NCBI GenBank assembly: GCA_031285625.1
Contig: JAITVV010000086.1
Location: 1 to 38,042 of the forward strand
Source: Prevotella sp.
Lineage (GTDB): Bacteria; Bacteroidota; Bacteroidia; Bacteroidales; Dysgonomonadaceae
Direction: 5' to 3'
DNA length: 38,042 nucleotides
Numbering within the stretch: position 1 is the first letter of the stretch; each line of letters opens with the position of its first letter. The notes under the pieces were generated by a model. That model had not been told where the DNA came from. It made no database searches and worked only from the letters and a program-made list of their open reading frames with translations. The position numbers were made by a program, and so were the translations under genes. Positions 11,235 to 21,435 of this stretch are shown piece after piece.

Positions 11235-11267
11235 AATCTTGTACCTGTCTTTTTTGTCTTGTCGCTA

Positions 11268-11298
11268 CAAAGATATATGCTTTTTCTAATTTAGCAAA
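11268..11298 (-). promoter_or_regulatory. Bacteroidetes housekeeping promoter (-33 TTTG, -7 TATCTTTG) driving leader + 641-aa gene
   Basis: Minus strand TTTG (11298-11295), 19 nt, TATCTTTG (11275-11268): matches consensus TTTG-N19-21-TAnnTTTG. Confidence 0.75.
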
Positions 11299-11322
11299 TA
11301 TTTTAATAAAATAGATAAAAAT

Positions 11323-11346
11323 AAAAAAGGGGGTTACCCCCCTTTT
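11323..11346 (-). terminator. Intrinsic terminator of S9 peptidase gene
   Basis: AAAAAAGGGGG-TTA-CCCCCCTTTT immediately after the stop. Confidence 0.8.
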
Positions 11347-13893
11347 CTACTTATTCTGCGGATACAAACCGTCCCACCATCCGGCATCATCTTTAAGCCA
11401 TTTGCTAAACCAAGCCATAATAGAATTATTCCACTCAGTACGTCTTTTATAATTCATGATACCATGATTTTCATCTTTTACCTGAATAAATTCAACAGGT
11501 TTTCCCAAAATTTTCAAAGCGGTGTACATTTGAATACTTTCTCCTATAGGAACATTTGTATCAACCATTCCATGTGTAAGCAGTATCGGGGTATTAACCT
11601 TATCTGCACTAAACAATGGGCTCTGTTTCACATACAGATCGGGATTATTCCATGGATAACTATGAGCACTCGCACCCGAGCTATAAGTATATCCCCAATA
11701 TCCTTCGCCCCAATAGCTACTCAATGAGCTTATTCCCGCATGAGATACGGCTGCAGCAAATATATCAGTCTGAGTTTGTAAATACATGGTCATAAATCCA
11801 CCATAAGAGGCCCCAATACAACCTATTTTCTGATCATTAACATACGGATGTTCTTTTACGAATTGCCTGGTTCCTTCAATAATATCTTCCGCTGTACGTT
11901 TTCCCCAAGCATTAACATGTAAGGCGGCAAATTTCTGTCCAAAGCCGGTTGTACCACTTGGCTGAACTACATACACCACATATCCCTGCGATGCAAATAC
12001 ATGCCCGGGATACGGACCTTCAAAAGTCCGTGAAGTAGGCATAGTACCTCCGTAATAATAAACAATTAAAGGATATTTTTTTGCAGGGTCGAAATTAGGT
12101 GGTAAATAAATACTTCCTGTAATCTCAGCTCCTACTGAGTTTGTAAAATTCCAATCCTCAACCTTACCCAGAGTCATTTCGGACAATCTCTCTTTGTATG
12201 GATCTGCTATAAGTGTCGACTTTTGTGTTCTCAGATCATAAATATATGCTCTTGTAGAATTAGACTGGCTAACTCCGGCATATACTCCCGTCAAGGCATT
12301 ATCTGCTGTACTAAATATACGTATAACAACCTCTTTTAATGGAAGCTTCGTAAATACTTTACTTGATGGATTGTAACTATACAGATTTACATAATCCTTA
12401 TCTGTTGTACGAAAGTATATCAGGTTATCTTTCTTATTCCAAAATCCGGCATCTATACTTGGATCGAATTCTTTTGTAATCGGCTCTATTTTCTTTGTTG
12501 ACAAATCCATTATAAAAGCCAACATATTATAACTGTTTGCAATTTGCCTTTCTCCTATATTTAGCCCGATCCCTCCAAATGCTTCGCCTGATCCTGAAAT
12601 TAAAACCTTCTTTCCATCCGGAGAGAATGATGCCCCATATGCAAAGCCTTCTTTAGACCATAATGTATCCAGTTTCATCGTTGGCAGATCTAATTTAAAC
12701 ATAGAATAACGGTTAAAAGGCCGTTCGGTTATTGTTTCATCAGAAATCGAGATCAGTATCTGTTTAGAATCGGCGCTAATATCATTTATTGCCGTTGAAT
12801 GTGAACCAAAAGTCAATTGTTGGCTCAGCCCTGTAGCCAGATCATACTTGTAGATAAAAGAGCGGTTCATATATCCCGGCTGACGATCTTCGGGTGATCT
12901 TAGCAGTCTCAGATCACTTTTATTTTCATCTTCCTTTTCTTGTTTTGTATAGAATAAAGTCTTTTCATCAGGTGAAAATATTATACTTTCATTCGGAATA
13001 TTTTTTGCCAAAATATTTTCCTGCATTGTTACAGGATCAATTAGTATCAACTCTGTGCCTGTATCATTTTTAGACACATAAAACATTTTTTCACTTCGCG
13101 GCATCCACGCCAATTGACGCTTATTCCCATCAGTATCGATAACAACCGCACCACCAGTCTTCACGTTATATAATTCCGTAGTAGTGATGCTTTTTTCTCC
13201 TAAAGTATTTCTATAATGAATGAGTGCATATTGTCCTTCCGGTGATAAGCTGATATTTGTAACCCGTTTGCCCAGCAGCATGTCTGTAAAATTAACAAGA
13301 CGGCTACTTGTATTTACTGTAGAGAATGTAGTAAGTAAATCACTCTTTTCGTTTTCTATTTCTATCTTTAAAGTAGGGGGAACTTCATCTTTAGCAGACG
13401 CTAATAGCTTAATAACAACTCTGCATGATAACGGATATGGGTTTAGTGTTGTAGTGATATCTTTCTTATCGGAACGGAATGTACTTTCTTTAGTTGTTTT
13501 GGATGCTGCAAGCTTACCATCGATATATATTTCCAGCATATTGGGAGTCGTTACCCGAAGGGTACCTTTTGCATAACGATCAGCATTCACATAAAATGAA
13601 ATCATTTGCATTGTGGTCGTATTCTCAAGAGGTTTCTCCGGGTAAAAGAAACCTTCAGAATCAGACTTTAAAGGTCTGGTAAAAATAGCCTGATCCGGAA
13701 TAGTAACAGACATTTTTAATAAATCATTCTCGGCAAATCGTTCACCTTTAATATTTATTGTATCTATTTCTAACGGATTGATAACAGTCACCGGAGGTGT
13801 TGTATAAAGCTCTGACAGAGAATATTTTTTCTGAGCAAACAAGCTTATTGAGACAAATAAACAAATAAGAATATTAAAAAATTTATTTTTCAT
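11347..13893 (-). CDS. S9 family (prolyl oligopeptidase/acylaminoacyl) peptidase
   Basis: Signal peptide; propeller SPDG repeats; KYPLIVYYYGG, GASYGG (Ser), DTNVP (Asp), ENHG (His). Confidence 0.93.
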   Translation of the reverse strand: MKNKFFNILICLFVSISLFAQKKYSLSELYTTPPVTVINPLEIDTINIKGERFAENDLLKMSVTIPDQAIFTRPLKSDSEGFFYPEKPLENTTTMQMISFYVNADRYAKGTLRVTTPNMLEIYIDGKLAASKTTKESTFRSDKKDITTTLNPYPLSCRVVIKLLASAKDEVPPTLKIEIENEKSDLLTTFSTVNTSSRLVNFTDMLLGKRVTNISLSPEGQYALIHYRNTLGEKSITTTELYNVKTGGAVVIDTDGNKRQLAWMPRSEKMFYVSKNDTGTELILIDPVTMQENILAKNIPNESIIFSPDEKTLFYTKQEKEDENKSDLRLLRSPEDRQPGYMNRSFIYKYDLATGLSQQLTFGSHSTAINDISADSKQILISISDETITERPFNRYSMFKLDLPTMKLDTLWSKEGFAYGASFSPDGKKVLISGSGEAFGGIGLNIGERQIANSYNMLAFIMDLSTKKIEPITKEFDPSIDAGFWNKKDNLIYFRTTDKDYVNLYSYNPSSKVFTKLPLKEVVIRIFSTADNALTGVYAGVSQSNSTRAYIYDLRTQKSTLIADPYKERLSEMTLGKVEDWNFTNSVGAEITGSIYLPPNFDPAKKYPLIVYYYGGTMPTSRTFEGPYPGHVFASQGYVVYVVQPSGTTGFGQKFAALHVNAWGKRTAEDIIEGTRQFVKEHPYVNDQKIGCIGASYGGFMTMYLQTQTDIFAAAVSHAGISSLSSYWGEGYWGYTYSSGASAHSYPWNNPDLYVKQSPLFSADKVNTPILLTHGMVDTNVPIGESIQMYTALKILGKPVEFIQVKDENHGIMNYKRRTEWNNSIMAWFSKWLKDDAGWWDGLYPQNK

Positions 13894-14059
13894 ATATCAG
13901 AGCTTTAATTTTTCCATTTTCGCAAAGGTATGAATTAAAGGAAGATTACAAACGAAGAGGTTATGAAAATCTGGTAATTTCATCCTACAGATAGGCTATT
14001 GTACAATAATTTTTTAATACTATCTTTGCCTTAGAAAAACTACCTAACGAACTGTGAAA

Positions 14060-14989
14060 ATGAAAATCTTTACTCACTACTTTTCTGTTCTTTTATTTAT
14101 TTTTCTCTTTTCCTGTTCCGATGAATCAATAATGCTATATCATCCACAGGAACCAGAGCCGGAAGAACCCGAATATTATTGGTTACTAAAAACAGTTGAT
14201 TACCCTGACGAAAATCCGGGTTTCTCATCCCGAAGTGATCAAACATTTACGTATACTGATGATGATTTAATGAAAACAATAAAGAGTTCTAATTTAAAGG
14301 ATTCTACAATTGTTATTGATTACCTTAACAATAAAATATCCTATTCAAGAATCATCATATCAAACGAAACAACCACCTACTATGACAGTCTGCTGGTCTT
14401 CCTTAATAGCAAAAAGCAAGCAGATTATGCTTTACATGTAAGACATACAGAAAAGATTACAAATAATGGTATTACCAAAAATATTTCAATAAACGACTCC
14501 ACAACATTTGTTTATGATGCAGCAGGTTACATGCAACAGCTAGACCACTACGATAAGACAGGTGTAGCCTCGTCATTGAACTACAGCGAAATTTACACCG
14601 TAGTGGACGGAAATATTACAGAGATTTCAACATCAAAGGATTATAAGTTTATTTATTCATATGATGATAAGCCACATGCCGCCCCATCAGAATATTGCTA
14701 TGAAATGTCGCGTAACACGTTCAATATGGCTACAACATGCTGGCTGATGGCCAACCTTCCATTTCTATCTGAACATATGGGAAATAGGAGTAAAAATAAT
14801 GTTATCCAGACTGAAATAGTAAATACAAAGAACAGTAGCAAGTATGCTGATATAAAATATGATTATACATTTGATGAAAATGAACTTGTATCTAAAATTG
14901 TAATGTCTGGTTTAACAAAGAACGATAAGACATTTGAGAATCTTATAACTTCATTCTCATATATACAAAAAGAAAAGAAAAAAGAATAA
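14060..14989 (+). CDS. Hypothetical lipoprotein (beta-rich, YD-like short repeats)
   Basis: Lipobox LFSC followed by acidic residues; FTY/YD motifs; TATCTTTG promoter at 14021-14028. Confidence 0.75.
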   Translation: MKIFTHYFSVLLFIFLFSCSDESIMLYHPQEPEPEEPEYYWLLKTVDYPDENPGFSSRSDQTFTYTDDDLMKTIKSSNLKDSTIVIDYLNNKISYSRIIISNETTTYYDSLLVFLNSKKQADYALHVRHTEKITNNGITKNISINDSTTFVYDAAGYMQQLDHYDKTGVASSLNYSEIYTVVDGNITEISTSKDYKFIYSYDDKPHAAPSEYCYEMSRNTFNMATTCWLMANLPFLSEHMGNRSKNNVIQTEIVNTKNSSKYADIKYDYTFDENELVSKIVMSGLTKNDKTFENLITSFSYIQKEKKKE

Positions 14990-14996
14990 ATAGTTT

Positions 14997-15044
14997 TTTA
15001 TTCAAAAAAGTCCGGCTTATTTGAGCCGGACTTTTTTGAATAAA
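14997..15044. terminator. Bidirectional terminator (21-bp perfect inverted repeat)
   Basis: TTTATTCAAAAAAGTCCGGCT-TATTTG-AGCCGGACTTTTTTGAATAAA. Confidence 0.9.
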
Positions 15045-15140
15045 CCAACCCTGACTGCAGGCAATAAAGAAAGAAGAGACGTTTTCTCCATTACCCAATC
15101 AGGGCTGGGGCTAAGGGGATAGCCGGTTTTGAAAAGGGAA

Positions 15141-15503
15141 TCACTCCCCATGTGAGATATTTAATATTTTTCCTGTTATTTTGTCTATCTGAATTTGCGA
15201 AACACCTCCTTTCTCCCCATTTTTTGGCGAACGTACAACAGTCCATATATTATTTTCGAGATTTACTATCAGTGAGGATTGATCTACAGTAGCATTATCT
15301 GCTTTAAATGCTGATTCTGCGATCAGAATTGCAGTCCGGATAGTGGGAACAGCTTCTGAAACTTCTTTATTAGTCCTTTCATTTTTTTCAATCTGAGCCT
15401 TGATCCTATTTTCTACGATTGGTTTATTTCTGTAGTGATAAATTGGTGCCGAAACTATAAACCCTATAACACACATAAGAGATAAGCAAGATTTCCCATT
15501 CAT
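15141..15503 (-). CDS. NTF2-fold immunity protein-like (Imm-NTF2 / YbbC-YhhH family)
   Basis: VPT..TAI.IAE, W.V, GGV..I.I.K..GKIL.I.HG pattern; N-terminal hydrophobic segment. Confidence 0.75.
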   Translation of the reverse strand: MNGKSCLSLMCVIGFIVSAPIYHYRNKPIVENRIKAQIEKNERTNKEVSEAVPTIRTAILIAESAFKADNATVDQSSLIVNLENNIWTVVRSPKNGEKGGVSQIQIDKITGKILNISHGE

Positions 15504-15648
15504 AATAATTTGTTTTTAGAGGTTTATATTTTGTTATTATACTCTATAGAGAATAATATGTGAAGAATTCCATAAACAGAAAAAAATAATTAAACCTTTT
15601 ATCTATTCTCATAGTCTATATACTATACACTATTATATACTTGCAACC

Positions 15649-16353
15649 ATGAAAAGAAACACACTCATTATGGCATTCATTAGTTTAATATTTTTGTTTG
15701 CCCTTCCTGTAAATTCTCAGAATAGATTTGATTATGTAGTCTTCGGAATAAGAGTAGCCGGAGGAGGCTCTTTGATGAATGGTTGGGATAATTATACAAA
15801 TCGTTTTCCGGGAACGAATATAATTATAGATCAACCTTATACTACCAGCCCGTATTTTGCCTGGGATATTGGTGTAAGCATGCAAACAATGTATAATAGT
15901 AAAGTACTAATACAAAGCGACCTTACATTTGGATATCAAGCCACATCTCTGAAAGATGGCTCACTGGAAGGTATTCTTAGCTTTGAGGGGATTGGTTCCT
16001 ATTATACAACTCTCAGTGTATATGCCGGTTCAAAAATATTATTAGGAGAAAGAACCAGATTCGTGTTTGGAATAGGTCCTTATGTAGCAACATCAGACTG
16101 GTTTTCAGGTAAGGATAAAAAATACGGAAAAAATGTTCTACCATCCGAAATGGATTATTATACAGATGCAACACTCCTAATCAAGGAGGCAGATTTCAGG
16201 TCCATTGATGCCGGAGCAACAGCAATGGTTGGAATCGAATTTTCAAATGTTCAACTTAGTCTCAACTATTATCACGGACTGGCAAACATAGTAAAAGATG
16301 AACATAGACTGTATAACAGATCATTGAAGTTGGCAGTAACAAGTTTCTTCTAA
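15649..16353 (+). CDS. Outer-membrane beta-barrel (porin/PorT-like) protein
   Basis: Signal peptide, FGIRVAGG, GIGPYV, YYHGL.NI, C-terminal Phe. Confidence 0.8.
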   Translation: MKRNTLIMAFISLIFLFALPVNSQNRFDYVVFGIRVAGGGSLMNGWDNYTNRFPGTNIIIDQPYTTSPYFAWDIGVSMQTMYNSKVLIQSDLTFGYQATSLKDGSLEGILSFEGIGSYYTTLSVYAGSKILLGERTRFVFGIGPYVATSDWFSGKDKKYGKNVLPSEMDYYTDATLLIKEADFRSIDAGATAMVGIEFSNVQLSLNYYHGLANIVKDEHRLYNRSLKLAVTSFF

Positions 16354-16358
16354 TACTG

Positions 16359-17372
16359 TTAGTTGCGATTCAGTAACTCAAACAGGAGTTCAGGCTCATC
16401 TGTTGTTATAAAGTCCAAATCTTGCTCCAGTATGTTTTTCATGTCCTCTTCTTTGTTTACAGTCCATACATTGGTAAGAAGTCCCATTGCCTTAGCTTTG
16501 TTTGCAAGCTGCTGATCTTTAAAAAAGAGTGAAAAATGAAAATCTACACCATCCATTTTCGCAGCCTTTAGTTCTTCAAGAGATTTATCTGAGCCTAAGT
16601 ATAAGACTTTAGCCTGAGCATCAAGCTCCTTAATCCTGACAAGATGCTCAATACCAAAAGAGATGTAATCAACCCAGGCCTGAGCCCTCATTCTGTGTAC
16701 AAGCTGTACTACAGAATCGGCAATGGCCTTTCCTTTGTTGGTTCCCTTAATTTCAATAACCAGTTTCGTTTTATTCTGGCCTTTTATATATTCTAAAGAT
16801 TCTTGTAATCTTGGTACAACATCTCCATTTTTAAGAGATAATTGAGACAATTCTTTGGCAGTGGTTTCTTCAACAACCTTACCGCCTATAGAAGGATCAT
16901 GTGAAAGCACAACTACATCATCTGACGACATCCAGACATCGAGTTCTGAAGCTTCACATCCCATCTCAACTGCATGTTTTAGCGAACTCATCGAATTGTG
17001 GCTGAAGTCATGATGCTTCCATGCCCCCCTGTGAGCTATTACTTTATTATGAATAAATTCATCCTTCACCAGTTCAAAAGCTTTTGTCTTTTTTCCATCA
17101 CTTAACGTTATTTCGTAGTTAATTGGAGACTCAGCAGTTAACATCTTACCTTTCTTTAAACTGATGTTTCCTTTTTTATCCATGAAGAATAATTTGGATG
17201 TATCTTTCACTAAAACTATCTCACCATCATTTGGAGAGATGGCTTTTCCTATTATAGCACCCTTTTTATCAATAGGGATTGAATAATTATCAATAATAAA
17301 TAGTTTGCTTGACTGAGCTGATACCACACCGGCAAAAACCAGAAGAAGAGTTGACAGGATTATTTTTTTCAT
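16359..17372 (-). CDS. Glycerophosphodiester phosphodiesterase family protein with extra N-terminal domain
   Basis: IAHRG, ELDV, HD, EIK, VWTVN, ITTDEP motifs; signal peptide from MKKIILS (ATG 17372); promoter at 17402-17409. Confidence 0.9.
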   Translation of the reverse strand: MKKIILSTLLLVFAGVVSAQSSKLFIIDNYSIPIDKKGAIIGKAISPNDGEIVLVKDTSKLFFMDKKGNISLKKGKMLTAESPINYEITLSDGKKTKAFELVKDEFIHNKVIAHRGAWKHHDFSHNSMSSLKHAVEMGCEASELDVWMSSDDVVVLSHDPSIGGKVVEETTAKELSQLSLKNGDVVPRLQESLEYIKGQNKTKLVIEIKGTNKGKAIADSVVQLVHRMRAQAWVDYISFGIEHLVRIKELDAQAKVLYLGSDKSLEELKAAKMDGVDFHFSLFFKDQQLANKAKAMGLLTNVWTVNKEEDMKNILEQDLDFITTDEPELLFELLNRN

Positions 17373-17649
17373 ATTTATTTTGAGCATTTCATTAAGATCA
17401 GCAAAGATATTAATAATCTCGTTTGCATTGAGTACAATCACTTATTAAAATCGTTTATATAAAAATAATATAATAGGGAATTTTCTCATTTTTAATGAGT
17501 ACAATTATGAAATTAGATTGTAGTATTTATAACTCAGCTAAATCATGATAATAAAGATACAAATCGTGACATTGAGGATACTATTTTTTCAAATTTTAGT
17601 AACTTTGCCTATTGACATTTTATTACCTTTGTTCTAAAAATTAAGAACC

Positions 17650-18846
17650 ATGAATACCTATTCCAACTTTCAAAAGCATCTTCAAAATGAATTAGCTGAC
17701 ATTCAGTCAGCAGGGTTATATAAAAACGAACGTATAATAGTATCGCCACAAGGTGCAGCCATTAAGGTAAGTACCGGACAAGAAGTACTAAACTTCTGTG
17801 CCAATAATTATCTTGGATTGTCCGATAATAAAGAACTTATACAGGCAGCAAAAGATGCTATGGATAGTCGTGGCTTCGGGATGTCATCAGTACGTTTTAT
17901 TTGTGGCACTCAGGATTTACATAAACAGTTGGAAGAAACTATAGCCAAATTCTTTGGTACTGAAGACACAATCCTGTATGCAGCATGTTTCGATGCAAAT
18001 GGAGGTGTTTTCGAACCATTACTGACAGACCAGGATGCTATCATCTCCGATTCACTTAATCATGCATCTATTATTGACGGTGTCCGTCTTTGTAAAGCTG
18101 TACGCTATCGCTATGCCAATGCAGATATGGCTGATTTGGAAAAGCAACTTGAGTTAGCTCAGTCGCAACGTTTCCGCTTGATCGTTACAGATGGAGTATT
18201 CTCTATGGATGGCAATGTAGCACCAATGGATAAAATACATGAGCTAGCCCAGAAATATGATGCAATGATAATGATTGACGAATCACACTCAGCCGGAGTT
18301 GTAGGTAAGACAGGACGGGGAACCACTGAATTATTTAATCTTCGAGGCCAGGTCGAAATCATTACAGGAACATTAGGTAAAGCATTTGGAGGAGCCATCG
18401 GTGGATTCACAACCGGAAAGAAAGAGATTATAGACATGCTACGTCAGCGTTCGCGCCCATACTTATTTTCAAATTCTATACCTCCTAGCATTGCTGCTGC
18501 CGGAATCAAAATGTTTGAGATGATGGACCGGACAAATGAACTACAAGATAAGCTACATGCCAATACAGACTACTTTGTAGAAAAAATGAAAGCAGCAGGA
18601 TTTGATATAAAACCAACTCAATCTTCGATATGCGCTGTAATGCTATATGATGCAAAATTATCTCAGGACGTAGCAGCTAAACTTTTAGAAGAAGGTATTT
18701 ATGTGACAGGATTTTACTATCCGGTTGTACCTAAAGACCTGGCTCGTATCCGTGTTCAAATATCAGCTGGACATGAAAAAGAACATTTAGACAGATGTAT
18801 CACTGCATTTACTAAGATCGGCAAGGAATTAAAAATTATCAAATAA
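17650..18846 (+). CDS. kbl: Glycine C-acetyltransferase (2-amino-3-ketobutyrate CoA ligase)
   Basis: LNFCANNYLGL, SVRFICGTQ, TLGKAFGG (PLP Lys), LRQRSRPYLFSN. Confidence 0.97.
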   Translation: MNTYSNFQKHLQNELADIQSAGLYKNERIIVSPQGAAIKVSTGQEVLNFCANNYLGLSDNKELIQAAKDAMDSRGFGMSSVRFICGTQDLHKQLEETIAKFFGTEDTILYAACFDANGGVFEPLLTDQDAIISDSLNHASIIDGVRLCKAVRYRYANADMADLEKQLELAQSQRFRLIVTDGVFSMDGNVAPMDKIHELAQKYDAMIMIDESHSAGVVGKTGRGTTELFNLRGQVEIITGTLGKAFGGAIGGFTTGKKEIIDMLRQRSRPYLFSNSIPPSIAAAGIKMFEMMDRTNELQDKLHANTDYFVEKMKAAGFDIKPTQSSICAVMLYDAKLSQDVAAKLLEEGIYVTGFYYPVVPKDLARIRVQISAGHEKEHLDRCITAFTKIGKELKIIK

Positions 18847-18868
18847 TAAATTAATCGTTTTTTCTTTT

Positions 18869-19831
18869 ATGAAAAACATTCTTATCGTAGGCAGTACGGG
18901 CCAGATAGGCTCTGAATTAAGTATTAAATTGCGCTCTATCTATGGAGACAGTAACGTGATCTGCGGATACTTCAAGCCTCCTTTTCCTGAAAATTTCTTT
19001 GAAGCAGGCCCAACTGTGGAGATAGATGCAACAAACAAACAGCAAATTGCAGATGCAGTAAAAAAGTACAAAATAGATACTATCTACAATCTGGCGGCAA
19101 TATTATCAGCCACTGCCGAGAAAAATCCAAAATTGGGATGGGATGTAGGACTAAACAGCCTGATGAATTGTCTTGATGTTGCCCATGAACTAAACTGCGC
19201 TGTTTTCACACCGAGCTCTATTGGAGCTTTCGGACCCAATACACCAAAAGATAAAACGCCTCAAGACACCGTTCAGCGTCCAAATACAGTATATGGTATA
19301 ACTAAAGTAATGGGAGAACTTCTTAGCGACTATTACTATACACGCTGGGGGGTAGATACCCGTTCGGTTCGCTTTCCCGGTATTATCTCAAATCTGACCC
19401 ATCCGGGAGGCGGCACTACAGATTATGCGGTTGAAATATATTATAATGCAGTAAAAGAAGAGAAATTTATCTGCCCTTTGAAACCCGGTACATTTATGGA
19501 TATGATGTATATGCCTGATGCCCTGAATGCAGCTGTAAACATTATGGAAGCCGATCCGGCAAAATTGATTCACCGCAATTCATTTAATATAGCATCCATG
19601 AGTTTCGACCCTGAGATGATCTATAATGCAATAAAGAAACACTATCCGGACTTTATAATGGAATATGATATTGATCCACTGAAACAATCAATAGCAGATT
19701 CATGGCCAAATTCACTGGATGATACTTGTGCCCGTCAGGAATGGGGATGGTGTCCTGAGTACGATTTGGAAAAGATGACTACTGATATGATAAAAGTATT
19801 GAAGGAAAGAGAAGTACATCTAACTATTTAA
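18869..19831 (+). CDS. L-threonine 3-dehydrogenase (SDR/NAD-dependent epimerase type)
   Basis: GSTGQIG Rossmann motif, PSSIGAFG, YGITK, GGGTTDYA; directly after kbl. Confidence 0.9.
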   Translation: MKNILIVGSTGQIGSELSIKLRSIYGDSNVICGYFKPPFPENFFEAGPTVEIDATNKQQIADAVKKYKIDTIYNLAAILSATAEKNPKLGWDVGLNSLMNCLDVAHELNCAVFTPSSIGAFGPNTPKDKTPQDTVQRPNTVYGITKVMGELLSDYYYTRWGVDTRSVRFPGIISNLTHPGGGTTDYAVEIYYNAVKEEKFICPLKPGTFMDMMYMPDALNAAVNIMEADPAKLIHRNSFNIASMSFDPEMIYNAIKKHYPDFIMEYDIDPLKQSIADSWPNSLDDTCARQEWGWCPEYDLEKMTTDMIKVLKEREVHLTI

Positions 19832-19856
19832 AATATTAATCCTACAACGGTAAAAA

Positions 19857-19883
19857 AAAAGCACGGATATTCTCCGTGCTTTT
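19857..19883. terminator. Bidirectional terminator
   Basis: AAAAGCACGGA-TATTC-TCCGTGCTTTT. Confidence 0.85.
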
Positions 19884-19888
19884 ATATT

Positions 19889-20299
19889 TTAATCCCAAAG
19901 TTTCTTACTACTCAATGCATATTTTCCGGCTCCGGTAAATACCAGAGCTAATGCCCCGAAGAAATATAACCCCTGCAATTCGAGCATCCAGCCACCGGCA
20001 GCATTCATAGAAAAAATATCTCCACCATGAGCCATCGCAACAGCAACGATCATGTTAAATGCAAATATAGCTGCTGCAATGCGAGTACCAAACCCAAAGA
20101 TAATAAATAATGGCGCTATTACTTCACCCACATATACACCATAAGCAATAAAGGAAGGTAAGCCAGTAGTTGCCAACATATCTTCGATAGCTCCGGCTCC
20201 ATGCGTCAGTTTTCCTATTCCATGCAAAAGCATTAATATACCAATACTCAATCTTAAAATAAGTAGACCTATGTCTGTATTACGTTCTAATAGTTTCAT
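19889..20299 (-). CDS. DoxX family membrane protein
   Basis: LLILRL..G..ML.HG..K and GAGKYAL motifs; 4 TM segments. Confidence 0.92.
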   Translation of the reverse strand: MKLLERNTDIGLLILRLSIGILMLLHGIGKLTHGAGAIEDMLATTGLPSFIAYGVYVGEVIAPLFIIFGFGTRIAAAIFAFNMIVAVAMAHGGDIFSMNAAGGWMLELQGLYFFGALALVFTGAGKYALSSKKLWD

Positions 20300-20379
20300 G
20301 TTAATTTATACTGTTATAGTTAATATTACAGTTAATTAAACAATGAAATGTTAATTATGTTCATTCGGAAATTAATCAA

Positions 20380-21204
20380 TTATGGTAATTCGAATGGAAT
20401 AGGTAACATAATTTGCTTCGTAACAGGCTCTCCATCCTTTAATCCGGGAATCCACTTAGGCATTTTTTTAATTAAGTAGAAAGCTTCTTCATTACAGTCA
20501 GGGAACAGGCCCTTGAAAAGCCAGATTTTTGTGATCTCACCTTCCGGTGACACCTCAATATTAAAAATCACCCGCCCTGTTATACGATATTCTATAGCCC
20601 GCTTCGGATATTTCATATTGGTTTTCAGATAAGTCTCCAAAGCCTCTTTTCCTCCCGGAAATTGGGGATCAGTATTTAAACTGTCAATCACCGGCTCTAT
20701 TATTGATATACTATCTCTTGGCACAATAGCAATCAATGAATCAGTTAATACAGGCTTATCTTCTTTAGGACGCTTTAATTCCTCCAATAATGCATCAGTA
20801 ATAGTAAAAGTAATGGTTATAGATTGTAAGAAATCAACAGGAGCACCTTTTAGTGAAGCAGGAGTCCACTTAGGCATCATCCGCATAACCCTCAATACCT
20901 CATCATCTGCATCAGGATCGAACCCACTTGTTATATTAAGATTTTTTATCATCCCTTCTTTATCAATCTCAAATGATAAATCTAAAGACCCTTCCATCTT
21001 TATCTTTATTAAGACCGGAGGATATTTTATATTATCCGATAAGTATCTATATAGAGCAGATTCACCTCCAGGAAATTGGGGAAGGACTGTATCTCCTAAT
21101 AGAGCCGGATTATTTGGTACGAGTTTGGCTGTTATTGGCTCCTGCGCAGAAAGTGAAAAATAAAAAGAAAACAAAAAAATAAAAAATATCAGTCTATGAA
21201 TCAT
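20380..21204 (-). CDS. Energy transducer TonB-like protein with two TonB C-terminal domains
   Basis: Two PQFPGG...KYP...MPKW.P repeats. Confidence 0.9.
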   Translation of the reverse strand: MIHRLIFFIFLFSFYFSLSAQEPITAKLVPNNPALLGDTVLPQFPGGESALYRYLSDNIKYPPVLIKIKMEGSLDLSFEIDKEGMIKNLNITSGFDPDADDEVLRVMRMMPKWTPASLKGAPVDFLQSITITFTITDALLEELKRPKEDKPVLTDSLIAIVPRDSISIIEPVIDSLNTDPQFPGGKEALETYLKTNMKYPKRAIEYRITGRVIFNIEVSPEGEITKIWLFKGLFPDCNEEAFYLIKKMPKWIPGLKDGEPVTKQIMLPIPFELP

Positions 21205-21435
21205 GTTAGTGTTTAATTAAGGCCTTTAACCTATTCGTTGCCCGCAAGTTCTTACTTTACTTCATATTATAACGGGGATATTCGAAAACAAATATATACA
21301 TTTTCCATAAGACAGCCATTTATTTAGATTTTATTAAAAAATACAGATAATTATTATAAAATTAACAATATTCACATTTTTAAACAATATTTTTAACATT
21401 TCAATATGTATCTTTGCATCCAAAATAAAAATTGT

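Noticed and set aside
20380-21204. Duplicated TonB C-terminal domain as a novelty
   Set aside because: Multi-TonB_C proteins are common in Bacteroidetes.
21300-21435. glmS ribozyme upstream of glmS
   Set aside because: A -7 promoter box at 21409-21416 leaves only a very short UTR, and the AT-rich upstream DNA shows no ribozyme-like structure.
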